DNA of 64,000 bases from a phage, in NCBI GenBank assembly GCA_024672275.1, contig GCA_024672275.1_4536.1. One strand, given 5' to 3'. The notes beneath the pieces were generated by a model. It was not told where the DNA came from and did no database searches. It worked only from the letters and a program-made list of their open reading frames with translations. Position numbers and translations under genes: made by a program. Shown here one piece after another: positions 18,689-28,238 of this stretch (positions are counted from its first letter, which is position 1; every line of letters begins with the position of its first letter).

Positions 18689-18724
18689 AAAACCTCCTCT
18701 CTCTTTTAGTATAGTTATCTTATA

Positions 18725-19300
18725 CTAACTTTCAATTTCCTGCAATAGGATTTTGACTATTTGTTTACGGCGTTTTGCTACTGTGCTTTCAGGTTCTATT
18801 TTACGCTTCTTCAACCAAGCTTTATCTTTCTTAGCTCTACACAAAGCTATTGCTTCTTTTTCAGCTTTTGCTTCTTCAAAAGATATGCCTTGCTTGTCTG
18901 CATAAGCAAGAATAGAGTTGCACAATTTACAAACCATTCGCAAATCTTCTTCTTTCACATAGATTAAACGGAAAACAAAAAGAGGAATATCATCAAAACA
19001 TTGAAGTTGTTTTGCTGCGTGAATATGATCCACTTGGAAGTCTTTCATTCCTCCTCTATGTCCACATATTTCGCACTCACAATTCCAAACTTGTTTTGGT
19101 TTTCCAGTTTTCTTGTCTATCATCACATTGCCGTCTTTATCTACTCGATCAACTTTAAAACGCCTTGCATTGATAACCTTAATTTTATTAGGGTGTCTCA
19201 TCCATGCTTTTCTAAAACATCCCCTAAGATAAGTATAAAATTCAGCTTGTGTTTTCCAGGGTGTTCCTTCACCCCACATTATTTTTGGTTCACCTGCCAA
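18725..19300 (-). CDS. HNH endonuclease-like protein
   Basis: CECEICGH...DHIHAAKQ...CKLCN zinc/HNH-type motif, basic C-terminus. Confidence 0.5.
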   Translation of the reverse strand: MAGEPKIMWGEGTPWKTQAEFYTYLRGCFRKAWMRHPNKIKVINARRFKVDRVDKDGNVMIDKKTGKPKQVWNCECEICGHRGGMKDFQVDHIHAAKQLQCFDDIPLFVFRLIYVKEEDLRMVCKLCNSILAYADKQGISFEEAKAEKEAIALCRAKKDKAWLKKRKIEPESTVAKRRKQIVKILLQEIES

Positions 19301-19349
19301 TATTGCTCACCTTTTTAGCTGTATATTCCCCTGGTGGGATATTGTGTTT

Positions 19350-19379
19350 AAAAAACAAAAGGCGGTCTAACCCCGCCTT
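19350..19379 (-). terminator. rho-independent terminator (minus strand)
   Basis: Stem aaggcgg/ccgcctt with 7-nt loop followed by ttttgttttt. Confidence 0.6.
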
Positions 19380-19467
19380 GCACATTGTTTCTGGAATAGT
19401 CAAAGTTAGTAAAAGTTTATCACCTTTTCGGTTGAATATTTTATAAACTTCTCCTGCTCCATATTGT

Positions 19468-19869
19468 TTAGTATTGCTCGCCACTAATACGTTCCTTAAG
19501 TTGTTTAATAGCTTCAACTGCATCTACATAAGAAGAGTTATACATGTGTTTCAGTGCCACTCGGATTAAAGGATCTTTTGTGAAGAAATCAATAAGAAGC
19601 ATAGCTTGATCATGTTTAGCTGCATTTGTCATAGATGGATAATTTTCACGAACCATATACGTGTTATTTTGCATAAGGGTTCTTTCTAGTTCAATACAAT
19701 GAATAGCTTTATCTAGGTTAATCTGACGTTCACCTTTAATACGTGTTGCGTATTTTGCCAATTTGCAAAAACAAGGTGTACCACCAACCAAATAAGCTAG
19801 TTCAATAGGTTGCATTGCCATTTTTGTGTAGTGATCACCGTCAACCTGATTATCAAAAGCATTAGACAT
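19468..19869 (-). CDS. hypothetical protein (DUF3310-like GDHY motif)
   Basis: 133-aa ORF. Confidence 0.5.
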   Translation of the reverse strand: MSNAFDNQVDGDHYTKMAMQPIELAYLVGGTPCFCKLAKYATRIKGERQINLDKAIHCIELERTLMQNNTYMVRENYPSMTNAAKHDQAMLLIDFFTKDPLIRVALKHMYNSSYVDAVEAIKQLKERISGEQY

Positions 19870-20089
19870 AATTTTCCTCCTGAATTCCTACTGCGCCTTC
19901 TTCTGGGTAGTCTGTATAATAAGCTACCCTACCTTGATAGATAACATCACCATCATCATTGTAGATTGCTGTATCTTCTTGAATTGTTATTTCAACGTCA
20001 AGTAAATCTGGGTCTTTCTCGATGGTATAGTTTAGACCTAACATTTCAAACAGTTCGAAAATTTCGTTACCTGTTAATGTAATGCTCAT
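19862..20089 (-). CDS. hypothetical protein
   Basis: Start set to ATG (MSITLTG) after AAGGAGG RBS. Confidence 0.5.
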   Translation of the reverse strand: MSITLTGNEIFELFEMLGLNYTIEKDPDLLDVEITIQEDTAIYNDDGDVIYQGRVAYYTDYPEEGAVGIQEENYV

Positions 20090-20116
20090 ATTTCCTCCTT
20101 TTATTGTGGTTAGCAG

Positions 20117-20145
20117 AGTATACACTAATATCAAATTTTTGTCAA
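20117..20145 (-). promoter_or_regulatory. sigma70-like promoter (TTGACA-17-TATACT)
   Basis: Minus strand, directly downstream of terminator hairpin and upstream of RBS. Confidence 0.5.
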
Positions 20146-20146
20146 T

Positions 20147-20169
20147 AAAAAAGGGAGCAATAAGCTCCC
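20147..20169 (-). terminator. rho-independent terminator (gggagc-ttatt-gctccc + U6)
   Basis: Minus-strand hairpin followed by ttttttatt. Confidence 0.65.
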
Positions 20170-20175
20170 TGATTA

Positions 20176-21135
20176 TTAGATTCCAATAATAGTTGCTGCT
20201 CGTTTATCTTTGGATCTGGTGTTTGCTCTACTACGTGACAAACCTCCACAAGATTCACAACGAATGATATCGAAAGAACTTACCGCAGTGTGGTATTGCT
20301 TACCAGTAACAACGTGAACATGATCACTGCCGCAACGAGAACAACGGACTTTCTCATCTGGGTAATAAGCGGATAAGTTAGGATGCTGTGGAATCCACGG
20401 AAGGATTTTCATATACAAATCACGGAGTGAAACAACATCGCCATCATTGTAAATCTGCATACGTTCAAAAGCATCACGATCACCTTCACAACATGCTTTC
20501 CATAAAGGGAACCCCTCGTTATCCAGTTTTTCACTTTCTGTTTCAAAATACGCTCCCATTTCTTTAAGAGAATTGGAAGGAAGTGCAAACTGTTTCTTAG
20601 CTGCCTTCAAGGTATCAACAACTACATAGTTAGAAGGTGGAGCCATATCATGATATGCGAAGCGTTGGTTAATGTATGCACGGTCAAACTTATACCCGTT
20701 GTGTGCCACAACTACATCTGCCTCGTTCAGAAGGTTCCAAAGATCTTGGCAAAGCTCCCAATCATCCGTATGATCAATATCAAAAAGAGGATAAGAAGAC
20801 AAGTTCTTACCTTCCACTTCGCCAGTATACAGGTCAGCAGAAGAGTAGGATAACAAATAACCTCTGCGAATCACCTGGTCTGGAGAAATGAAGGCTTTGA
20901 ATCGACGGAAAGTATATGCAATCTCTGGTGCAGTTTCAACATCAATAATTTTAATAACTGGTTGTTTCTTTTTAACTGGCTCTTGTTTACTTGCTCCAAA
21001 TCGTGCAAGGAAATCGTTCACTGTGCTTTTTCTTGTTGGACTACCTAAAACAATTGCTGCAATATTACGAGAAGACATACCCTCTGCACTCATACTAAGG
21101 ATATCTGCTTTCTGCTCTTCTGTTAATCTGCTCAC
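20176..21135 (-). CDS. DEDD-type 3'-5' exonuclease with N-terminal HTH and C-terminal zinc ribbon
   Basis: IIDVETAPE (Exo I), VVAHNGYKFD (Exo II), CSRCGS...CESCGG. Confidence 0.5.
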   Translation of the reverse strand: MSRLTEEQKADILSMSAEGMSSRNIAAIVLGSPTRKSTVNDFLARFGASKQEPVKKKQPVIKIIDVETAPEIAYTFRRFKAFISPDQVIRRGYLLSYSSADLYTGEVEGKNLSSYPLFDIDHTDDWELCQDLWNLLNEADVVVAHNGYKFDRAYINQRFAYHDMAPPSNYVVVDTLKAAKKQFALPSNSLKEMGAYFETESEKLDNEGFPLWKACCEGDRDAFERMQIYNDGDVVSLRDLYMKILPWIPQHPNLSAYYPDEKVRCSRCGSDHVHVVTGKQYHTAVSSFDIIRCESCGGLSRSRANTRSKDKRAATIIGI

Positions 21136-21821
21136 TCTGCCTCCTGTTGTGAGATGTATGACTGAAGCATACTCTCAAATGTTGTATCGTCATTATCCCA
21201 GCGTTTCATGTATACCAACTGGAAAATTGTTTCTATCCATTCATCTGTTGTCATATGGACTTCTTCTCCATCCCAAGAAGTAAAATTAACACCATCTGGG
21301 AACCACGAGTAGTAAGTATCTTTAACTGTTTGGAAAAGTTCTGCTTGAGTTTTACAAGCTGAAAGAAGATTAAAACAAGTAATATCTCCGAACTTAATAT
21401 CAAAATCTTGATAAGGTCGGATACTATCTGTTTTATCTCCCATTAGCATCTGATATGCTAACCAGTAACTGCCCCAACCTTTAACTTCTTTCTTTTTACC
21501 TTTATCTACAATCCATATATCGCCAATAGACTCGTCAATAAGAATTATATCTGGATTTTTAAATACTCCATCCTCTTTGTAGAAATTAAAAAGGATACTA
21601 GGAGTATGTAAACTATCTTTATCTATAGACACTACGATATAAGAAAATTTACCCGTCCTTTTATAATCTTTATAACCTTGGAAACCATACTTCTCTAACT
21701 CATCGTCAGCCTCTATTACAGTAACAACATCACCATTGTGGAACTCCACAAGATAATCTTTGGTTTCTGAAAGCTGAAGTGGTTTGATATCTAATCGTTC
21801 AGATTTATATTCTACAGGCAT
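21132..21821 (-). CDS. FEN/RNase H-like 5'-3' nuclease, C-terminal portion (upstream 441 nt in frame without canonical start)
   Basis: YIVVSID, ILIDESIGD, LMGDKTDSI blocks resemble T4 RNase H; frame stays open upstream to 22262 and encodes ETIAAIDYDQIA resembling the T4 RNase H N-terminus. Confidence 0.45.
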   Translation of the reverse strand: MPVEYKSERLDIKPLQLSETKDYLVEFHNGDVVTVIEADDELEKYGFQGYKDYKRTGKFSYIVVSIDKDSLHTPSILFNFYKEDGVFKNPDIILIDESIGDIWIVDKGKKKEVKGWGSYWLAYQMLMGDKTDSIRPYQDFDIKFGDITCFNLLSACKTQAELFQTVKDTYYSWFPDGVNFTSWDGEEVHMTTDEWIETIFQLVYMKRWDNDDTTFESMLQSYISQQEAE

Positions 21822-22262
21822 TTTGAAGGCGTGTCTGAAAGTTTTTCCTACGCCAATAACTCCGCAATATTTTTCTAAACGTAGATGTTTTAGAATACCT
21901 AAGACTTTTGTTTTAGCTGCTTGGAAGGTGTGTCCGATATCTTCTGGCGGGTATTGCTTATCAATGATTTCGAACTCTTCCTTTGTGAAGGGACGTTTGT
22001 TTTTGGAGGCTCTTTCTGCATTTGTATCTCCTAGCCAACCTCCAATTTTAGTCTTGCTTTTACCCCAAAACTCTGTCTTATTTTTAAATTCCTTTTGAGC
22101 ACCTGAAGGGATGTGCTTCGCAATGATTGTTCTTTTCTCTAACGCAGACGCTGCTTGGAAAGCGATCTGATCATAATCAATTGCAGCTATTGTTTCTTCG
22201 TTGACATATAAATGAAGATCTTCAGGTTTAATTAAAATATAACCGCTAATATTTCCCCCTAA

Positions 22263-22472
22263 TTATTCATCGTCATCCTCTGTTGAGAATGTTTTAGTAT
22301 ACGGACATTGACGACTTTTCGGGATTGCTATAACTTCATCTTGGTTAGCGTTAGAATAGTAGCAATATTTTGTATTGCCATTAACTTCAGAATCAGACAA
22401 GATTAAAGTAATTTGACCTGCTGCTACTGTGAAACTAAAAGCTAAAAGAACGACTGTCAGAATCTTTTTCAT
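22263..22472 (-). CDS. small secreted protein (signal peptide)
   Basis: MKKILTVVLLAFSFTVAAGQ hydrophobic N-terminus, GGAGG RBS. Confidence 0.5.
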   Translation of the reverse strand: MKKILTVVLLAFSFTVAAGQITLILSDSEVNGNTKYCYYSNANQDEVIAIPKSRQCPYTKTFSTEDDDE

Positions 22473-22482
22473 AACGCCTCCT

Positions 22483-22511
22483 AAAAAGCCTACCTCATTA
22501 AGTAGGTAGGC
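22483..22511 (-). terminator. rho-independent terminator (minus strand)
   Basis: 8-bp stem gcctacct/aggtaggc followed by ttttt. Confidence 0.6.
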
Positions 22512-22544
22512 ATAATATCATAACTAATCCCGCAAGTCAAGAAC

Positions 22545-23423
22545 TTATTTAAGGATTGTTGCTTTGGTTAAATCTTCCATCAGACCTCGAATCTCATTGA
22601 AGCACAGAAGGACCGAAGCTTCAATACTACCTTCTTCGTCTGCAAAATATTTCGGAAAACGTAGTTTAGAAAGTTTAAACTCTTTATCCACTACAAAATC
22701 TACAACACCGTCATATTCAAGACCGATTGCAACAACATCTTTACCATCTTCTTTTAGTTCGACAGCTTTAGACTCGTATAGGGATTCTTTACTCCAAACA
22801 ACAACGCCCTCGCTATCCTCCATTTTGATATAATTTCCGAGAGTAATACGATCTGCTTCATGATTCTCCAGCAATTCACCAAAACCTTTTACAATAGCTT
22901 CTTCGTGCACACTAAAACCTACCGAAGGGAAAGTCCCCAGAACGGAACGGAGGAAAGAAGTAATCTCTTCTGCAACCTTTTTACTTCCATTAAGAACATA
23001 AAGAAGATTCGTAGTTTTATCCAAGACAACATAGTTAAAGAAATCTTCAGGTTCTGTTTCAGGCAATAGTGCAAATTCAATATCTTCCTTCATTGCTTTG
23101 ACTACTTCTTTATCGACATAAAACTCTTTACCTTCGCTCTCCATGTCCTGACGCATTTCTTCTAGACGTTCATTCAGAATACGTTTAACTTTCTTTTTAT
23201 CTACCTTCTTCACAGATTGACCTACATTAAGTAGTTCAAGATCTGAAAACTCTTTTACAAATTTAGAGTCATCTTCGAAACGAACAAGACCGATAGTGTG
23301 TGACTGGGAGCCTTCTGCTGTTACAAATTCCAGAGGAATATCTGTAATGCTGTTAAGGGATGCTACAGAAGCATTGTCACCAACAACCATAGGCAGAGCG
23401 GATTTAAAAGATTTTACAAACAT
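22545..23423 (-). CDS. hypothetical protein
   Basis: 292-aa ORF. Confidence 0.55.
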   Translation of the reverse strand: MFVKSFKSALPMVVGDNASVASLNSITDIPLEFVTAEGSQSHTIGLVRFEDDSKFVKEFSDLELLNVGQSVKKVDKKKVKRILNERLEEMRQDMESEGKEFYVDKEVVKAMKEDIEFALLPETEPEDFFNYVVLDKTTNLLYVLNGSKKVAEEITSFLRSVLGTFPSVGFSVHEEAIVKGFGELLENHEADRITLGNYIKMEDSEGVVVWSKESLYESKAVELKEDGKDVVAIGLEYDGVVDFVVDKEFKLSKLRFPKYFADEEGSIEASVLLCFNEIRGLMEDLTKATILK

Positions 23424-23479
23424 GTTTCCTCCTATTTAATACATCTCACATTACCGCCCGTAAAGGGCGGCTTACAACA

Positions 23480-24205
23480 TTACTTGTTAATAATACCTGC
23501 GATATTAGGTTTAATGAAACCTGACCACTTCATGATCTTACCTTTATCATCAAAGAACACATACACTTTCTGTTTTTCATTATAAACAGCATGGACACCA
23601 GTGTATGCCCCTTCTGGACGATTGGCATTTCGTTCTTCAATTGCAGCGCATTCTTGTGCAATGGCTGAATCGATATCTGAAGTTTTCCAAGTTTTCAGCA
23701 ACTGTTGTTTAGTTGGATACTTGGAATCATTACTTTTCAATACCTCTTTAATAACTTTCTTTTCTGGATATTTTGAACGGATCAGAGTGTCACGAGACAT
23801 ACGCATAATACCCGCAGCCATTAGCGCCATTTGAACTGGCTCTGTAAATGTTTGTTCCAAAGCATCGAAATCGGTATACACAGTTGGAGTAAAAACATCG
23901 CCTACAGCATAGTCCAAGAAATTCAGCGTATGTTCTTCACCAAAGAACATGTAAGTAAGATAACTGGATACTACAAAAATATCCGCTGCTGCATCCAAGA
24001 GTTCTACATGATCGTTTACTTTCGCGGCTGTTTCATACTCTTTAAGCTCTTCACGAACGAACCCGATTTGGGACATAAATAACTCTTGAGTGAATTCAGG
24101 TTGTTCACCACCTCGTGCTTTGGCATTCCAATCAATTACGTGCTTTGCTGCATTTTTGAAAAATTCAGTATCGAATTTAATATCTTTAAAAAAATTCTCG
24201 ATCAT
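23480..24205 (-). CDS. hypothetical protein, possible MazG-like nucleotide pyrophosphohydrolase domain
   Basis: EFTQELFMSQIGFVREELKEYE...ELLDAAADIF weakly resembles MazG EExxE...D motifs. Confidence 0.4.
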   Translation of the reverse strand: MIENFFKDIKFDTEFFKNAAKHVIDWNAKARGGEQPEFTQELFMSQIGFVREELKEYETAAKVNDHVELLDAAADIFVVSSYLTYMFFGEEHTLNFLDYAVGDVFTPTVYTDFDALEQTFTEPVQMALMAAGIMRMSRDTLIRSKYPEKKVIKEVLKSNDSKYPTKQQLLKTWKTSDIDSAIAQECAAIEERNANRPEGAYTGVHAVYNEKQKVYVFFDDKGKIMKWSGFIKPNIAGIINK

Positions 24206-24218
24206 TGTTTCTCCTTAT

Positions 24219-24407
24219 TTAAAAATATTGTTTTGTAAATTCCACCAGATATACAACAACTGCACCCATTTGTGTACCTGCTGCACCGTAGACAATAATT
24301 AGACTAACCTTCTGCCACCATGTTGGGTGAGAGAAAGTTGATGCGCCAATTATACCACAAGCAACAATAGAAAGGAACACAAGAACCAGAATAACTTCAA
24401 TGCTCAC
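24219..24407 (-). CDS. small membrane protein (2 predicted TM helices)
   Basis: 62 aa, two hydrophobic stretches. Confidence 0.45.
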   Translation of the reverse strand: MSIEVILVLVFLSIVACGIIGASTFSHPTWWQKVSLIIVYGAAGTQMGAVVVYLVEFTKQYF

Positions 24408-24418
24408 TGCAACCTCCT

Positions 24419-25048
24419 TTATGTTTTAATCTTGCCAAAATACAATACTTCAGCTTCCTGTCTTGCTGATATAGCATCTTCAATATCAGTAAATGCTCCA
24501 AGACGGATATCTTTTCCTTGATAGGATATACGAGCAATCCATCTTTTTTCTTTCTCGCTCCACACAACACCTGTTTTACCAGAAGTGTTGTTTTTCTGTT
24601 TTCGTGTATTGTATGACTGGACAGACCTTGTAGCCCAGCGACAATTTTCTTTACTGTAATCTTTTTCCGAGTCTATTCTGTCAAGAGATAAACCTTTAGG
24701 TCTATCTCCCATATCCTCAAAAAATGCAGAGAATGAATTTCTCCAAGCATCGCAGACCTTAATACCACGACCACCGTAGTATTCAAAGTGAGTATTGTTT
24801 TTGTTATAGCATCTCCCTAACATAGCTTCCCACGATTTGTATGCTCCTGTTTGTGTTGTTTGCGGTCTACACTTCGAACAATAAGAACTTTTATTCTTCC
24901 TAAGTGTTGCCATAGTTACCGTGCAAATATTACCACAATCACAAGAACAAGTAAAACGTCTTTTGCCATGCTTGTCCCTTTCAATCTCTTCTAAGACAGT
25001 ATAACAACCACATTTCTTACCTACAAGGTCTACTCTCTTGGCTCCCAT
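24419..25048 (-). CDS. HNH-AP2-type homing endonuclease-like protein
   Basis: N-terminal Cys cluster, W..MLGRCY...GGRGIKVCDAW block, C-terminal AP2-like segment; paralog of 30751..31356. Confidence 0.5.
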   Translation of the reverse strand: MGAKRVDLVGKKCGCYTVLEEIERDKHGKRRFTCSCDCGNICTVTMATLRKNKSSYCSKCRPQTTQTGAYKSWEAMLGRCYNKNNTHFEYYGGRGIKVCDAWRNSFSAFFEDMGDRPKGLSLDRIDSEKDYSKENCRWATRSVQSYNTRKQKNNTSGKTGVVWSEKEKRWIARISYQGKDIRLGAFTDIEDAISARQEAEVLYFGKIKT

Positions 25049-26157
25049 GTTCCCTCCACCATTTCCCGTAAACGGACACCTGTTGGTTTAGTAGGTATTC
25101 CACCATCAGAAAACTCTTCATACTCAATCTCAACAAATTTACCAATTAACATTTCGGCATTCTCTGCTTTACGATAATTGATAGTCTCATGAGCATCTTT
25201 ACGCATTAAGAATTCGACTACTTTACCATTTTCCATCTCACCTGTCAACACTCCATCGCCATTTTTATCACTTTTTGAATTTGTTACTTTAACTTCAAGG
25301 GTATGGCGAGGCTTACGTTTAATAACGTCATAAGAACGTTTATCAAATTCGTAAACTCCGTGAGCATTACGATATACTACACCTTCAGCTTTCTCAAGTA
25401 AAGCTTTTTCATAGAAAGCATCAAACTGTTCTTGGTTTTCAATATACTCTGTATGAACTACACAAATAAGCTCGTCAAGACCATAATCTTCAACTACTGC
25501 CTTAAGAGCAGCAAGAACATCAACACGTTTTTCAAACGGTAGATCTGGAACTGGAATATCGTATACGTAATAGTTCAGCAAAGGTGTATTTGCATTATGC
25601 TTCTTCCAGGCACTGTTAATTTGTTGTAGACTAAGGACACCTAACCCAGCAAACACTTCACCATCAAGAGGATGACCAACAACTTCACTAATAAAGTTTG
25701 GAATACCTTTCCAATGAGGTGGCAGGTTATACACTTCCCCAGCTTTTGATAAACACTCTCCTTTCATGTTAATCATAGAACGTAACCCGTTCAGTTTGTA
25801 TTGTGCATAACCAGGGAACACAACCCTTTCAGGATAATCTTTATAATCCTGGCATTTCATTGGTGTGGAAGGAACATGGTTTTCAGCTTCTTCTTTTGTT
25901 TTATAATAGCCATTCTTTAACTGTTTTGTCCATTTGGCAAAAGCTTCAAGTTCAGCTTGTTCTTCTGGTGTTGTTTCATTGGAACGACCAATGTTTTTTG
26001 CTTCTGCTGTATAAGATTTTTCTGTGATTTTTCCACCTACCCTTCCATGAGCTACAGTAACAACTGCACCATCTGTATACACTGTCCACTGTTTAAGTTT
26101 TCCTTTTGAATCTTTACCATACAGCGTTTGATTTGTTTGTTGCATTAGTCCTCCCAT
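25030..26157 (-). CDS. ATP-dependent polynucleotide ligase (DNA or RNA ligase, nucleotidyltransferase superfamily)
   Basis: Motif I YKLNGLR (KxNG), motif IV EGVVYR, later IKRK. Confidence 0.6.
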   Translation of the reverse strand: MGGLMQQTNQTLYGKDSKGKLKQWTVYTDGAVVTVAHGRVGGKITEKSYTAEAKNIGRSNETTPEEQAELEAFAKWTKQLKNGYYKTKEEAENHVPSTPMKCQDYKDYPERVVFPGYAQYKLNGLRSMINMKGECLSKAGEVYNLPPHWKGIPNFISEVVGHPLDGEVFAGLGVLSLQQINSAWKKHNANTPLLNYYVYDIPVPDLPFEKRVDVLAALKAVVEDYGLDELICVVHTEYIENQEQFDAFYEKALLEKAEGVVYRNAHGVYEFDKRSYDVIKRKPRHTLEVKVTNSKSDKNGDGVLTGEMENGKVVEFLMRKDAHETINYRKAENAEMLIGKFVEIEYEEFSDGGIPTKPTGVRLREMVEGTWEPRE

Positions 26158-26366
26158 TTAAAAACTGAAATTTTCAATCTGTTACACACTTCATCCAAAT
26201 CTGCGTCGAGTAACGTTGTAGATGTTGCCAACATATAATCAATGCTTGTGAAACCTTGCCCTTTGGCATAGTCAAGCATATCTTCATACATATCTTCAAG
26301 ATCACCGTCATCAAAAGTAGCTAGAAAATCCTCGTCCCCACTACGAACATAAAATGCAGTACTCAT
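26145..26366 (-). CDS. small highly acidic protein
   Basis: 73 aa, Asp/Glu-rich. Confidence 0.4.
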   Translation of the reverse strand: MSTAFYVRSGDEDFLATFDDGDLEDMYEDMLDYAKGQGFTSIDYMLATSTTLLDADLDEVCNRLKISVFKWED

Positions 26367-26554
26367 TCATCTTCATCCCAAGATTCAAAAACGCAGCAAT
26401 CATCGGTTTCTATAATACCAACACGTCCGCAGGTATTGCAAGTGATTTTATCACCGTAGAATAAATAATTTTTATCACCCTCTGTGTTTACAGTTATGTC
26501 ATTACTACCACAAGGGCAAGTCAGCCAACCAACAACAACGATATCTTTTTTCAT
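26363..26554 (-). CDS. small zinc-ribbon protein
   Basis: CPCG...CNTCG pairs. Confidence 0.45.
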   Translation of the reverse strand: MKKDIVVVGWLTCPCGSNDITVNTEGDKNYLFYGDKITCNTCGRVGIIETDDCCVFESWDEDE

Positions 26555-26563
26555 AATCCCTCC

Positions 26564-26890
26564 TTAAGCGTTAAGTTCGTTGTTGAGTTCGTAAATCTCT
26601 TCTTGAAGAGCATCAATCTCTTCCTCCAAACGGGAGATCTCTTCTTTTAGATATACCATTTCGGATTCTTTCTCTTCTAATTCATTTTCAAATTTTACTT
26701 TATTAGCCTCATTTTCATAATGCAGTTCAGCGTAATCATCACGCATTTGTTCAATAAGATGAATCAGAGACAAGATATAATTGTCTCCCGTTTCATCACG
26801 CCACTCTTCACCGTGACGGAGAACGGTAATTCGTCCAGTATCTTCATCTAAAATTGTCTCATATTTACGATCATCTGTATAAATCTGCAT
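26564..26890 (-). CDS. coiled-coil protein
   Basis: 108 aa, heptad-like EE-rich C-terminus. Confidence 0.45.
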   Translation of the reverse strand: MQIYTDDRKYETILDEDTGRITVLRHGEEWRDETGDNYILSLIHLIEQMRDDYAELHYENEANKVKFENELEEKESEMVYLKEEISRLEEEIDALQEEIYELNNELNA

Positions 26891-26899
26891 TATTTCTCC

Positions 26900-27304
26900 T
26901 TATTGAAGTTTAAGTGAACCACGAAGACGTTTCTCTTGCTGATCACGGATATATTGTGGAACCTCGTGAATTGAATCATTACCGTGCCTATTTTCAACAA
27001 CTAAAGAGATAACTTGATAACCAAATTCTTCAGCAAGAGCTAGATAAGGTTTAAGTTCTTTCTCTGTGGTTGAAGTATTAGAAACAATAATCTTGTTAAG
27101 ATTAGATGCCATAGCATCACGAACAATACCCTGACACCATGCGTGTGCTTTACCTACATTTTCTGGCTTCCAATCGTAAACACCACTCTCTGTGTAATGA
27201 TATTGATCTGCCTCACAGATAGGCCAATAACCTTCAGAAATAATTTCTGCTACTGTAGATTTACCAGCACCTGAAACACCACGTAAAATGATAAGTTGTT
27301 TCAT
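26900..27304 (-). CDS. P-loop polynucleotide/nucleoside kinase-like protein
   Basis: Walker A GVSGAGKST at N-terminus; 134 aa; adjacent to ligase and phosphoesterase. Confidence 0.55.
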   Translation of the reverse strand: MKQLIILRGVSGAGKSTVAEIISEGYWPICEADQYHYTESGVYDWKPENVGKAHAWCQGIVRDAMASNLNKIIVSNTSTTEKELKPYLALAEEFGYQVISLVVENRHGNDSIHEVPQYIRDQQEKRLRGSLKLQ

Positions 27305-28237
27305 TTATCCTCCAAAAAAGTTTTCGATTTTTTCACGTCGCTCTTGCTGATTTAAAGCAGCCCATTGAATCTTCGTAAAATTATTTCGAATCCATTCTAA
27401 CAAAGCGTAATATTCTTCGTCAACCATTTGTTTGGCATTTTTTGGATTATCCCAAATCAGATCCCACTTTTTATCTCCACCGCGCATAAGAAACTTCTTA
27501 GTAAGATAGTGTGGTGATTTAATTTTTAAAAGTAAGTTGAACGGATAGTTTGTTTCACGAACTACAAACCCTTCGTGTTTACAATGTTTAGACATTTCAA
27601 CAACATCTGAAAACTTAACCATTGGATGAACTTCAGGACGCTTAAATTTGGTGACAGAAGCAATTCCATCAAGAGCACCTTCAGGTAACATAAAACTTGT
27701 CCCATCAGGATTTTGAATTCTGGCACCAATTAAGTATGCACCTGGTTCTTCTTCGACAATATGCGGATCAGAAGGATCACAGATTTCAAACAGGAAAGTT
27801 GCTTTTGCACTCTCTGCCCATTTGATGAAATGTTCTATGTCATCGCACTCTGAAACAATATGATTCTTTGCAATACTTGCAAAATCTGATTCAAGGCTTC
27901 CTGTTGTCGATACAATAAGTTGACCTTTATATACACCTACAGAGGCCATAAAACCATTTACTTTACGAACCACATCTACAAGTTCATCCGCTGGTAGATC
28001 TGTGCCATTCTCAAAACGATTAAAAATCTTAGTGAAAGGCCAAATAACAACATTGTCATCAGCATCAACAACGATTCCGCGACATTCTAGAAGACGAGAA
28101 TCAATGCTCCATAAGTTATCCCAGAAAACTTTGTTCTTATACTTAAGAACAGATAGGCCAGAATACTCTCCTTCTTTATATGTTTTCTTATGAACTAAAC
28201 CTTTTTCAACCAAATCGTCGCAATTAAATTTAGTCAC
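27305..28237 (-). CDS. RNA ligase-like nucleotidyltransferase
   Basis: Motif I KVNGF, motif IV EGFVVRE, motif V LLLKIKS. Confidence 0.55.
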   Translation of the reverse strand: MTKFNCDDLVEKGLVHKKTYKEGEYSGLSVLKYKNKVFWDNLWSIDSRLLECRGIVVDADDNVVIWPFTKIFNRFENGTDLPADELVDVVRKVNGFMASVGVYKGQLIVSTTGSLESDFASIAKNHIVSECDDIEHFIKWAESAKATFLFEICDPSDPHIVEEEPGAYLIGARIQNPDGTSFMLPEGALDGIASVTKFKRPEVHPMVKFSDVVEMSKHCKHEGFVVRETNYPFNLLLKIKSPHYLTKKFLMRGGDKKWDLIWDNPKNAKQMVDEEYYALLEWIRNNFTKIQWAALNQQERREKIENFFGG

Positions 28238-28238
28238 A

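Noticed and set aside
19290-19523. 77-aa minus-strand ORF
   Set aside because: It spans the terminator hairpin at 19350-19379 and overlaps the 3' end of 19468..19869.
21784-22098. 104-aa plus-strand ORF
   Set aside because: It is antisense to the in-frame open region that encodes the FEN-like N-terminal homology.
25030-26157. Calling this ligase specifically a DNA ligase
   Set aside because: Motif I is KxNG in both ligase-like genes; DNA versus RNA specificity cannot be decided by eye.
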